Source: an uncultured bacterium (GTDB lineage: Bacteria > Desulfobacterota_D > UBA1144 > Nemesobacterales > UBA2774). From it: DNA of 64,000 nt. Position numbers and translations under genes: made by a program. This document shows positions 41,547-50,131 of the stretch, in pieces. The stretch spans positions 448,001 through 512,000 of the forward strand of contig CAWGRW010000009.1 of assembly GCA_963825135.1 (NCBI GenBank), read 5' to 3'. Positions within the stretch are counted from its first letter, which is position 1, and every line of letters begins with the position of its first letter. Under the pieces are notes generated by a model, which worked only from the letters and a program-made list of their open reading frames with translations, was not told the origin of the DNA and ran no database searches.

Positions 41547-42386
41547 TTATCCCGGTCCCCAGATTGCGAGCGCCCTCTTATAAGTCTTACTCTTCGAATA
41601 CCCGGATTCTTCGGACACCGCTTTGACGGCATCCTTGAGGCTCGACCCGATTTTTTTGTGCTGAGACAGCATCCTGTCGATGCTCTCGGGATCGGTCTCC
41701 CCGATTTCAGCCGACGCCCCCTCGACCGCTATCGTCACCTCGCCCTTAATCTCGCTTCGTTTCACGAGCGCTTCGAGCACCTCCGAGACCTTTCCCCTGA
41801 GCGTTTCCTCATAGAGCTTCGTCATCTCGCGGCTGACCGATATGTTCCGGTCTCCGAACACCTCAACCATAACCCGGAGCGTCTTCGCGACCCTGTTGGG
41901 GGATTCATAAAACACGAGCGTTTCAGGATAGTTTTTTATACGCGCGAGGTAGTCGGTCAAATGCTTCTTAGTCCTGGGCGGGAACCCGAAGAACGCGAAG
42001 CTCGAAGTGGGCAGCCCCGAGACGCTCAATGCCGACACAGAGGCTGAAGGCCCCGGTATCGTCAGCACCTCGATACCGTGCTCCGACGCGAGTTTGACGA
42101 GCCTGTATCCGGGGTCCGAGATGCAGGGGGTCCCGGCGTCCGAAACAAGAGCAATGCTCTTTCCCTCCCGGAGGATTGAGAGGAGCTCTTTTGCCTTTTC
42201 GATTTCGTTGTGCTCGTGGTAGCTGACGAGGGGCGTTTCGATCGCATACCGGGTAAGGAGCTTTCTCGTGGTCCTCGTATCCTCGCAGGCGATGACGCCC
42301 GCTTCTTTCAATACCTTAAGCGCCCTGAGTGTTATGTCCTCGAGGTTCCCTATGGGGGTTGAAACGATGTAAAGCCTTCCGCTCAT
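41547..42386 (-). CDS. rsmI: 16S rRNA (C1402-2'-O)-methyltransferase
   Basis: STPIGNLEDIT, CEDTR, SDAGTPCISDPG, YESPNR, REMTKLYE. Confidence 0.96.
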   Translation of the reverse strand: MSGRLYIVSTPIGNLEDITLRALKVLKEAGVIACEDTRTTRKLLTRYAIETPLVSYHEHNEIEKAKELLSILREGKSIALVSDAGTPCISDPGYRLVKLASEHGIEVLTIPGPSASVSALSVSGLPTSSFAFFGFPPRTKKHLTDYLARIKNYPETLVFYESPNRVAKTLRVMVEVFGDRNISVSREMTKLYEETLRGKVSEVLEALVKRSEIKGEVTIAVEGASAEIGETDPESIDRMLSQHKKIGSSLKDAVKAVSEESGYSKSKTYKRALAIWGPG

Positions 42387-42483
42387 CTGGTTTGAGAATA
42401 TATCAATACCGGGAATTCAAGAAAAACATTATAGCCTTAAACAGTATCAACCCTTTATCGGCCTGTGAAGCATCCTGAATGGA

Positions 42484-42981
42484 CTAATCGACGTTGCATC
42501 TCTTATTCGACTCGTAGTTTATACATTTATCCTGGTCTTTTCCGCCGTCCACGCTGTCGGTGCCCATCCCGCCGTCGAGGAAGTCCTCTCCGTCGTTCCC
42601 TTCGAGGTAATCATCACCGTCGCCGCCGTAAGCCACATCGTTGCCCTTACCGCCCCTGACGTCGTCGTTCCCGGCGTCGCCGTATAATATATCATCCCCG
42701 GCCCCGCCGGTGATCGTATCCGCGCCGTCGCCTCCGCATATTACGTCGTCGCCGTCGAGCCCTTTTATCTGATCGTTCCCGCCGAGTCCTACAATTACGT
42801 CAGGCCCTAGCGACCCGTTCAATGTATCGTTCCCGTCCGTACCCACGATGGTCGGCGTTTTACCCTGGCATGTAGGCGGGGGCTGTTGCGGCTGCGCCTG
42901 ATTCGTCGGCGCGGCGTATGAATTTAATGACAGAAGCGTCAACGCTAATAAACCGAAAATACTCATTAATAACCTTCCCAT
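42484..42981 (-). CDS. Secreted calcium-binding protein with RTX GGxGxD repeats
   Basis: Signal peptide, then tandem GLGGND, GLDGDD, GGDGAD, GGAGDD, GDAGND... nonapeptides. Confidence 0.85.
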   Translation of the reverse strand: MGRLLMSIFGLLALTLLSLNSYAAPTNQAQPQQPPPTCQGKTPTIVGTDGNDTLNGSLGPDVIVGLGGNDQIKGLDGDDVICGGDGADTITGGAGDDILYGDAGNDDVRGGKGNDVAYGGDGDDYLEGNDGEDFLDGGMGTDSVDGGKDQDKCINYESNKRCNVD

Positions 42982-43260
42982 ATCATCCCTCCCTAACTCT
43001 TTGATATAATTTCAATTAAACAACCGGAGACGAGAGAAGTCAAGCCATAACATGCGGTTATGACGAATATGAAATGTAGCGGGGCAGTGGATAGATGGAA
43101 TGCAAAATGTGGCGGAGTCTGTTTGAAAATATCCGAACGGAACTGACTGGGCTCGGCGGGCGGAATTCCCCCCACACCCCCCTTCCGCCCGCCTCGCCTT
43201 GAACCGGAGCGGGAAGGACGATTTCAAGCTTTTCTTTGGCGGCGAATTCTTTTAATTCAG

Positions 43261-43467
43261 TTATTTCTTGTTGTATTCCAAAATATCTCCCGGCTGACAT
43301 TCCAACGCTTTGCAAATCGCCTCCAAGGTTGATAGCCGGATCGCTTTTGCCTTGCCGTTTTTCAACACGGAAATATTGGCCATCGTGATGCCGACTTTCT
43401 CGGCAAGCTCGGTGACGCTCATTTTCCGCTTCGCCAACATGACGTCGATGTTAATGATGATTGCCAT
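43261..43467 (-). CDS. YozG-like XRE/Cro HTH transcriptional regulator
   Basis: MAIIINIDVMLAKRKMSVTELAEKVGITMANISVLKNGKAKAIRLSTLEAICKALECQPGDILEY. Confidence 0.92.
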   Translation of the reverse strand: MAIIINIDVMLAKRKMSVTELAEKVGITMANISVLKNGKAKAIRLSTLEAICKALECQPGDILEYNKK

Positions 43468-43477
43468 GCTGGTCTCG

Positions 43478-43957
43478 TTATACCGTTAAGTCGTTCTCGG
43501 ATTTCATATCCACGGCATTTTGCAAAATCCGTTCAAACACCGCCGCCGCAGTGGCAATCACGATCGAACCGAAGGTGATGAGGACGCCCATGAAAACCCC
43601 GCCTGCAGCATCATCACTGCCATGGTTCAACATAATGAAGATTTCTTCTACCGCAACAAAACCAATGATGGCTAGCGCGCAATATTTTATGGTCCGCAGA
43701 GCTTTCACGGCCTCCGGCGAGAATACCTTATTTTGTCCGACATATCCCAACACCTTGAATGCCTGATAGAGCGCCACGAAAAACGGAATGGACCCCATAT
43801 ACACAAACGCCAGAAATGGATCTTTGAAGTAGATTTGAAAGAGCGTGGCATGCGCGTTCCTGCCCTCGATGTGAGGCTCCCAAAGCAGAAGGGCAAGAGC
43901 GCCAATGCCGATGAGCACAATGACTACCTGAAGAAATATTGTTGAGCTTCTTTTCAT
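43478..43957 (-). CDS. DUF2975 membrane protein
   Basis: 4 TM helices, C-terminal AVDMKSENDLTV, usual pairing with a YozG-type HTH. Confidence 0.9.
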   Translation of the reverse strand: MKRSSTIFLQVVIVLIGIGALALLLWEPHIEGRNAHATLFQIYFKDPFLAFVYMGSIPFFVALYQAFKVLGYVGQNKVFSPEAVKALRTIKYCALAIIGFVAVEEIFIMLNHGSDDAAGGVFMGVLITFGSIVIATAAAVFERILQNAVDMKSENDLTV

Positions 43958-44059
43958 AGGTGGCTCTCATAAATTATTTATATGCCCATATTAATTTACC
44001 GCTTATCGTTTGTCAATATATATTTATCGTTATCTGTGGATAACCTGCCTACATCCACT

Positions 44060-44350
44060 TCAATGCTTTACAATTTCCTGTTTAATGATACGGATCATCT
44101 CTTGAAGAAGAAAATCAAGATTTGGCTGAAAACTCATTTGCATTTTTGTAGGTAGAATGTCTTTCTTATTTGGGTGTGTAAGTACGAATCTGCAATTTTC
44201 TTCGTTGACTCTTAAAGCGGTTTTACTACATCCCTAAAACTTATTGAACCATAATCTGAACTAACTTCCTCAAAACTTTTCATTCCGAATATGGGAGTAG
44301 CGGCAAGAATTATGGATGGTTCGTAGAAAATGCTTAGAAAGGCAAATTCA
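44060..44350 (-). pseudogene. Decayed gene fragment, helical domain of possible HEPN-like type
   Basis: TPIFGMKSFEEVSSDYGSISFRDVVKPL*ESTKKIADSYLHTQIRK/ILPTKMQMSFQPNLDFLLQEMIRIIK; internal TAA at 44212-44214 and frameshift at about 44160. Confidence 0.55.
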
Positions 44351-44390
44351 TCTATATAAGGGTCCCGGGTGCAAGACACGCTGGACTCGC

Positions 44391-44735
44391 TTAATCCTGC
44401 CTGACTATGTCGACCGATATCTCCACCGCCGGAATCGTTCCTCTGTTTTCAAGCCAGTGTGTGGTGTTCCTATCCTCGGGCCAACCCACTCCCGGCCCAT
44501 AGTCAGTAGCGACGCCATTTCGATGGTCAGTGATCATTCCTTGCAGTATATAGACGGTGCCTGGTCTGTCTTTATGGTCGTGAATCGGGCCGAAGACGCC
44601 TCCAGGTTCGATGGTCACCATACGCATTCGAAGTTGGCGCCCTGCCATGCCCTCGATCTCGGGGCCAAGGTCAACCGTTGCAAGTAACTTCACCGTAACA
44701 CCTTTCGTCTCAGGTGCCACCTGTTCGTTGTTCAT
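44391..44735 (-). CDS. Cupin domain protein
   Basis: VTIEPGG..GPIHDHKDRPG..YILQG...WPEDRNTTHWLEN; GAGGAGG RBS before MNNEQ. Confidence 0.85.
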   Translation of the reverse strand: MNNEQVAPETKGVTVKLLATVDLGPEIEGMAGRQLRMRMVTIEPGGVFGPIHDHKDRPGTVYILQGMITDHRNGVATDYGPGVGWPEDRNTTHWLENRGTIPAVEISVDIVRQD

Positions 44736-44913
44736 CGTGCCCTCCTCTTTGTAACTTCCAGGGCCTAACATAGAATTACATTACAATCTTACTAGATGAT
44801 AACAATTTCTTAAATTTCTTCTAGAAAAGCCCGCTTTTGGCCTTACCTGAATTCAAAATGGCTTGAATTATCGGCGAAAAACGGCTGGCGAGCCGACAAA
44901 CGCATTTCCTAAC

Positions 44914-44999
44914 TGGCGGAGGGCGAGGGATTCGAACCCCCAAGTCCTTGCGGACGCCGGTTTTCAAGACCGGTGCATTAGCCGTTCTGCCAGCCCTCC
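44914..44999 (-). tRNA. tRNA-Ser(TGA)
   Basis: GGAGGGC acceptor stem, CCGGT-CTTGAAA-ACCGG anticodon arm, long variable arm, GGTTCGAATCC, encoded CCA. Confidence 0.97.
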
Positions 45000-45105
45000 G
45001 GGGGATCATTGCTATTGAACATTAATATAAAGGCAGGACGTTTGAAATACTACAGCATAGCCATTCCCCAGGCAAGAATGTCGGACCGTCAGGATGGTCC
45101 TTCCC

Positions 45106-45303
45106 TTAGAAACCGGGACTGTCCAGATCCTCAAACCTGCCGGGGCGATAAAGGTCGAGCGCCTTCGGATTGTAAGGCCCGCCGTAACCGCCACCGGTAC
45201 AATCACAGGGAGGATCGGCGCACGGGGAACAGCCGCTGCCGACTGTAGAACCGCAGGCCGTTATAAAGAGCAGAAACAAACAGAGCGCGACCATCCTTAA
45301 CAT
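45106..45303 (-). CDS. Small Cys-rich lipoprotein
   Basis: MLRMVALCLFLLFITAC lipobox, then GSTVGSGCSPCADPPCDCTGGGYGG. Confidence 0.55.
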   Translation of the reverse strand: MLRMVALCLFLLFITACGSTVGSGCSPCADPPCDCTGGGYGGPYNPKALDLYRPGRFEDLDSPGF

Positions 45304-45404
45304 GACAGACCCTCTAGGATTATAGAACGGAATTAAGGATAGACTAATCCGGAGGATCGATTCCAACAGAACCGGCGAGAGGAGAATCGTGCGACAGGCC
45401 CGCT

Positions 45405-45764
45405 CTAAGCCCTCTTTGCGTACTCGGACATGCCGCTGATGTCAACCAACACCACAGGCTCGCTGCCGACCACCCACGCGTCGTGCCCCGGAGGGAGGTG
45501 CGATACGTCGCCCGGCCCGAATATATCCTCCGAGCCGTCGTCCATCTTGACAGCCAGGCGTCCGGAAACGTGATACTGAATGTGAGGGGCCTCGCAGCTC
45601 TTCGTGTTGGCTATAGGCTTTACGCTCTCCGACCACTTCCACCCAGGCTCGAGCGTGGCCCGGCCGAAAGTGACTCCGGCGAGCGTAATGAGCTCAACTT
45701 TGCCTTTGGAAAAGGGGCGTGTTTCATCAGGGGCGCTCATGTTTTTCTTTTCCATTTTTGCCAT
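45405..45764 (-). CDS. Cupin domain protein
   Basis: LEPGWKWSESVKP..CEAPH..YHVSG...PPGHDAWVVG; AGGAG RBS. Confidence 0.88.
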   Translation of the reverse strand: MAKMEKKNMSAPDETRPFSKGKVELITLAGVTFGRATLEPGWKWSESVKPIANTKSCEAPHIQYHVSGRLAVKMDDGSEDIFGPGDVSHLPPGHDAWVVGSEPVVLVDISGMSEYAKRA

Positions 45765-45913
45765 AATTCGTCATCTCCTCTAATTAAGAATGTGATTTAA
45801 GACCTCTTTCTCAGATTTTCTCATATACGATAAAAATTTGCAAGGGGTGCGCTTTGCCTTCGTCTGTACTCTACATGTGCGCTCGGGACGAACGGATTAA
45901 AGCTAATGAGGTA

Positions 45914-45956
45914 AACCCCCACCCACCCCTCCCCCTTTGAAGATGGGGAGGGAAAT
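45914..45956. repeat. C-rich/G-rich REP-like hairpin
   Basis: CCCCCACCCAC-CCCTCCCC-N10-GGGGAGGG-AAAT, similar to 41434-41466. Confidence 0.5.
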
Positions 45957-45986
45957 AATGGAAGGACGAATCGGTTAAGACAGAAT

Positions 45987-47357
45987 TTACTTTAGAAACT
46001 CACCGACCTCGAGGAGTATGAATTCGTTGTCGTCGTTTTTGCCGAGGGTACGGCCGGACGAATAACCGTAATTGTTATCGTTTAACACGACTATGTGAGT
46101 CGGATCGTATACATCAACGCCCTCGACAGTCTCGAAGGGGAACGTGAACACGGGCCCCTTGACTCCGAGCCGCGAGACATGGTTCGGGTCTTTTATGTCG
46201 AGGAGGTCGATGTAGGCGGCCTTCCTGACGAACCCGTCCTTGTCCACTTCGCCCATATCGATCTTATAGATACGCTTGAACCTCGCCGGGTCATCGAAAC
46301 AATTTCCCGCCGCCGCTTTCTCCTTGTCTCCGTTACACGCAAGCGACGCATCGCCCTCACCGGGGTCCCGCTCCGCCACCAACCCCGTGCGGTCATCGAT
46401 GAGATTAAAATCCGTGACGGAATTGCTCTTGTCCCCGAGGGCGTATTTAAACGTGCGCCCCGTGAAACCGCCTTTTCCGACATCGAACTCGAAGATACGG
46501 ACGTAGCTTACCCCGTCCCGGCTCTCGAAGGATTTGGTCTCCTCGATCCAGAGCGGGGCTTCCAGTATCGGGTAGAGATATTTCCCGTCGGGGGAGGCGG
46601 CCATACTCTCGAAGCCGCGCGACTTCTTCACGTCGAACGTCACCGGGCCGGGCACCGGCAGCGACTGGAACGTGTAGTGATCGGGGGACCTGAGTATTTT
46701 GCCGTTATATTTCAATTCCCAGAACCCGGTCAGTTTTCCGTCCATGTCGGTTCGGATGATATAGGGCCCGAACTCGTCCCCGATGAATACCGAGTCTCCG
46801 ACTATCTGTATGGACTCGGGATCGATGTCGGCCCCTGTCAGATAGCGTTTGGCTGTCGCCTCGTTCGTAATGCGGAACGGCAGAATGAGGTCAGGGTCGT
46901 GCAGATAAATTGTTTTGATAAGCTTTACCTCGCCCTTGTCCCAGTCGATCCTGACACGGTGGAACATGAGCATCGCGTCGGGCGAATTTTTGGCGGTACC
47001 GTAACCGTTGTCGGCGATTATTACCGCCGTCCCGTCTTTCAGCATTTTAATCCCGGAAAAACCCTGGAAGGGCTGCCCTTCGACTGGTAGATTGACGTCC
47101 TTTACGCGGGGCCTGTTACGGTCCTTCCCCGATATTGCTCCCACATCGTCCCTCCGCTTCGCATCGGGATGAGTGTATTTTCCGCTGGTCTGTAAATGTC
47201 CGGGCACGTCCCCGGGCGGGGTCAATATAGACATTAAGGGGACGATCGCATGGCCAGAGAGGACGGCTTCTGATTCCTCTTGCCCCGATGCCGACTGAGT
47301 GAAATATAGGGCGACGATAAGCAAAACGAATGCAGAGATAGGTGTCCGGTTTCTCAT
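45987..47357 (-). CDS. Esterase-like activity of phytase family protein
   Basis: Signal peptide, QGFSG, DNGYG, DPESI, GDEFGPY, SRGFESM, NDNNY. Confidence 0.88.
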   Translation of the reverse strand: MRNRTPISAFVLLIVALYFTQSASGQEESEAVLSGHAIVPLMSILTPPGDVPGHLQTSGKYTHPDAKRRDDVGAISGKDRNRPRVKDVNLPVEGQPFQGFSGIKMLKDGTAVIIADNGYGTAKNSPDAMLMFHRVRIDWDKGEVKLIKTIYLHDPDLILPFRITNEATAKRYLTGADIDPESIQIVGDSVFIGDEFGPYIIRTDMDGKLTGFWELKYNGKILRSPDHYTFQSLPVPGPVTFDVKKSRGFESMAASPDGKYLYPILEAPLWIEETKSFESRDGVSYVRIFEFDVGKGGFTGRTFKYALGDKSNSVTDFNLIDDRTGLVAERDPGEGDASLACNGDKEKAAAGNCFDDPARFKRIYKIDMGEVDKDGFVRKAAYIDLLDIKDPNHVSRLGVKGPVFTFPFETVEGVDVYDPTHIVVLNDNNYGYSSGRTLGKNDDNEFILLEVGEFLK

Positions 47358-47465
47358 TCACGGTAAAAATACTTTAATTACGGGCACATTTCCAGAAAAT
47401 GCCGGGATACCGAGCTGCTCGTGATTAATTTGATCGGAACGCTTTCAGGGTTGTGAATCCGGTGA

Positions 47466-48053
47466 TTACAGTAGCTTCGCGAGGTCCTCGTCCGAGAGCT
47501 CTATCGGCTCTACAGCCTCGTTGATGTTTTTTTTGAAATTGGAGAGGCTCTCCCCGAGAAGATAGCACGTGAGGAGGGACCTTATGTGCTTGTGCATTAT
47601 CACGAGCACCTTTTCGCCGGGATATTTGAGCGCGATCTCGCGGATCGTCCTCTTTATGCGGCTCTCTACTTCTTCGAGCGTCTCGGGGCCGTTCGGTATC
47701 GGGATGCTCGTATCCCCGTCTATAAACCAGGCCTTGAACCGTGTGGAGGGGTCGTTTAACAGGTCCTCGTACTTCTGTCCGTTCCAGTCCCCGTGGTCGA
47801 GCTCCCGCAGGCCCTGGTGAACGTCGAGCGGTATGTTCAGACTGTCCGCGTAGTACCGCGAGGTCTCAAGCGCGCGCTTTAGCGGGCTCGATACTATTCT
47901 GTCGAATTTGTACTTTTCCACGACAGGCAGGGTGTCTTTCGCCTCCGCCCGGCCGACGTCGCATAGCGGCAGGTCGGTAGTGCCGATGAGCCTCCCCTCG
48001 AGGTTCCATTCCGTCTTGCAGTGGCGGCCCAGATAAATTTTCGCTGTCTTCAT
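47466..48053 (-). CDS. Histidine phosphatase (phosphoglycerate mutase-like)
   Basis: GRHCKTEWN, SSPLKRA, LRELDHGDWNG, LVIMH. Confidence 0.9.
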   Translation of the reverse strand: MKTAKIYLGRHCKTEWNLEGRLIGTTDLPLCDVGRAEAKDTLPVVEKYKFDRIVSSPLKRALETSRYYADSLNIPLDVHQGLRELDHGDWNGQKYEDLLNDPSTRFKAWFIDGDTSIPIPNGPETLEEVESRIKRTIREIALKYPGEKVLVIMHKHIRSLLTCYLLGESLSNFKKNINEAVEPIELSDEDLAKLL

Positions 48054-48163
48054 TCGTGGGTTCCCGGCGGTTTTATCGGATATTGCGAATTGCGTTCCGC
48101 GTAATTTATATACTCAAACCAGGCAACAATATACCAAAGGAAGCGTATTTGGCAATGAGGAAT

Positions 48164-49852
48164 TTAATTAACGGAACCGGCTAACTTCTCGATCTCCCGA
48201 TCCTGATTCTCCTCCGCAAGGCTGCTTTTCTTAAGCCCCGGAAGGAATTTCCCTCCGAGCAATACATGACCCCGCTCCACTCCTTCGATAAGCCTCTTCA
48301 CGAGATACTCCCTGTCGAGCCCGAGTATATTCACGCCGTGGTCGGACTCCACGAGACAGAGCAGGTTGATGCCCTCCCCGTTCCTGTTGGCGACCTCGTA
48401 GATGGCGGAATAGTTGAGAAGAGCCGCCTCGACGGTGCCGCACGGAAGCGAAGGGTTCCTCGCCCCGGAGAAATATTCGCTCTTTCCGAACCATGCCGGG
48501 TCGGGGTAGCCGTGGAAGTGCAGTATAGAAAGCCCGTTCTTTATCAGCTCCGGCGTGTAGAGCGCGGCGGCTATGGCCTGAGCGAGTATCACGTACGTGT
48601 CGAACGACGGCCTGATATCCCGCCTGTGGAGGTCGACGCCCCTCGGGGTTTCGAGATTGAGCTTTCCTTTTATCAATCCTATCCTTACGATGTCGGTGTT
48701 CGGGTCGAGGTCCGTTTTGTTGCTCCCGGAGCGCGAAGTAACGATCCAGATGTCAGGGACCTGCTGAAAGATCTCCTTTCCGCGTATAACCGACCTGACG
48801 TACCACCTGCCCTCTTTATTCTCCCTGACGGTGCCGTCGTTAAAGTTCTCTACGTTGGCGAACGTCCCCCATTCTTCTTTCGATACCGTCACGGGACCCT
48901 CGTATCTCGGAGCTTCCGCTATGGCGATAAACCCGTACGAAACCCCTGTCCTGCCCTCGAGTATCGTTTCAACTACATCCCTGTGAGAGAGCCTCGTAAT
49001 CTTCTCGCTGAACTTCGAGCCCTGCGGAAAGAGAGAAGTCGGCTCCACGAGCCTCCCCAGATCGGCGAGCTGCCCGGGGAAAACGGAATGAGAGGGATCG
49101 TACTCCCCCTTCTTAAACCTCGTAAGCACGGGCGGTTTTATAGGGGCGTATATCTTCGGTATGAGTGAATTGAGAACGAACTCGTCGAGCTCGTCGTTCC
49201 GGTATATGGAGTCCGAAAGGTTCATGTTTACGAGGGAGAACTTATCGGGGGCGATCCCCATGACGATCTCCGACATAGTGGTTATAAGGTTCTTAAGCCC
49301 GATCGCTATCTTTCTGTCGTATGTCGTGCCCGCATCGGCAAACTCCGGCTCAAGAGGCATGAGCGTGATTATCTGTGTATTGAACGGGTCCTGAACATAC
49401 CTGGCCGTAAAGTCATCCGCCCATCCGCTTATCTTGAGTATCTCCATAACGGACCTCTCCGGCTTCCGGGTATGGACATACATTTTCTCGGCGAGGGCGC
49501 TGAATAATTTACGCGTAAGGGAATACTCCCTCTTGACGTCCACTACGGCATGGATGCTGCTGCTGACCTTCCGGGTCCGGAGTATCTTTGAAATAATCCC
49601 GGGAGGGACTTCCGCGGCATCGTCCCAGTCTATCACCTGGACGCCGTTTTGTTTCAGTTTCTGTTCGAGCTTTTCCCTGAAACGAATCACTACCTGGTTG
49701 CCGAAATTCTTCGGCAGGGGTCTGAACGTAACCCTGACCCTCTTGGCCATCTCGGACGGCATTCTCGGGTTGACGAGTTCCTTCTGGGGGGGCATCCCCG
49801 CCAGGCTTATAATCGTATCGAGTTCAAGATCAGCTAATTTGTGACTATCCAT
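48164..49852 (-). CDS. Uncharacterised 562-aa protein with C-terminal class II aldolase/adducin-like domain
   Basis: VTSRSGSNK, RPSFDT, ILHFHG, PCGT, SDHG follow the aldolase II motif order; N-terminal part unrecognised. Confidence 0.7.
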   Translation of the reverse strand: MDSHKLADLELDTIISLAGMPPQKELVNPRMPSEMAKRVRVTFRPLPKNFGNQVVIRFREKLEQKLKQNGVQVIDWDDAAEVPPGIISKILRTRKVSSSIHAVVDVKREYSLTRKLFSALAEKMYVHTRKPERSVMEILKISGWADDFTARYVQDPFNTQIITLMPLEPEFADAGTTYDRKIAIGLKNLITTMSEIVMGIAPDKFSLVNMNLSDSIYRNDELDEFVLNSLIPKIYAPIKPPVLTRFKKGEYDPSHSVFPGQLADLGRLVEPTSLFPQGSKFSEKITRLSHRDVVETILEGRTGVSYGFIAIAEAPRYEGPVTVSKEEWGTFANVENFNDGTVRENKEGRWYVRSVIRGKEIFQQVPDIWIVTSRSGSNKTDLDPNTDIVRIGLIKGKLNLETPRGVDLHRRDIRPSFDTYVILAQAIAAALYTPELIKNGLSILHFHGYPDPAWFGKSEYFSGARNPSLPCGTVEAALLNYSAIYEVANRNGEGINLLCLVESDHGVNILGLDREYLVKRLIEGVERGHVLLGGKFLPGLKKSSLAEENQDREIEKLAGSVN

Positions 49853-50131
49853 TTTCTCTCCCGCTTCCGATACACCCTTTCAAGCGGCGTCCCCGGCAAT
49901 GCGCCAGTCCCCAAGCTCCGTATCCGTCAGAAACCCGCAGATTCAAATCGAGCAACGATAAATGTATCTTTGTGCTAATAATGTTATAGAACCCGTGCAA
50001 ACAGCTCTTCAATTATAGACCATCGAGGCCGGTTACTCAACAAACGGTTCGTGCGGGGTTAAGTATAGACGAGAATACGTATAAGACAATCTCCCCCGGG
50101 CGTACTGTATAGACCATTAAGACGAAGGGGT

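Larger units (their letters stand above)
42993..44910. mobile_element. Small degraded genomic island at the tRNA-Ser 3' end
   Basis: Visibly AT-richer with different codon style, contains decayed ORFs, lies directly downstream of the tRNA CCA end; no intact integrase; boundaries approximate. Confidence 0.55.

Noticed and set aside
44035..44043. Perfect DnaA box (TGTGGATAA)
   Set aside because: Single copy inside an island with no dnaA context; not an origin
44914..44999. Possible selenocysteine or suppressor tRNA
   Set aside because: The anticodon reads TGA (decodes UCA, Ser), with a 7-bp acceptor stem and normal length
49853..49935. Possible riboswitch upstream of the aldolase-like gene
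   Set aside because: Only short stems (GATAC/GTATC, GGCG/CGCC) and no recognisable aptamer consensus
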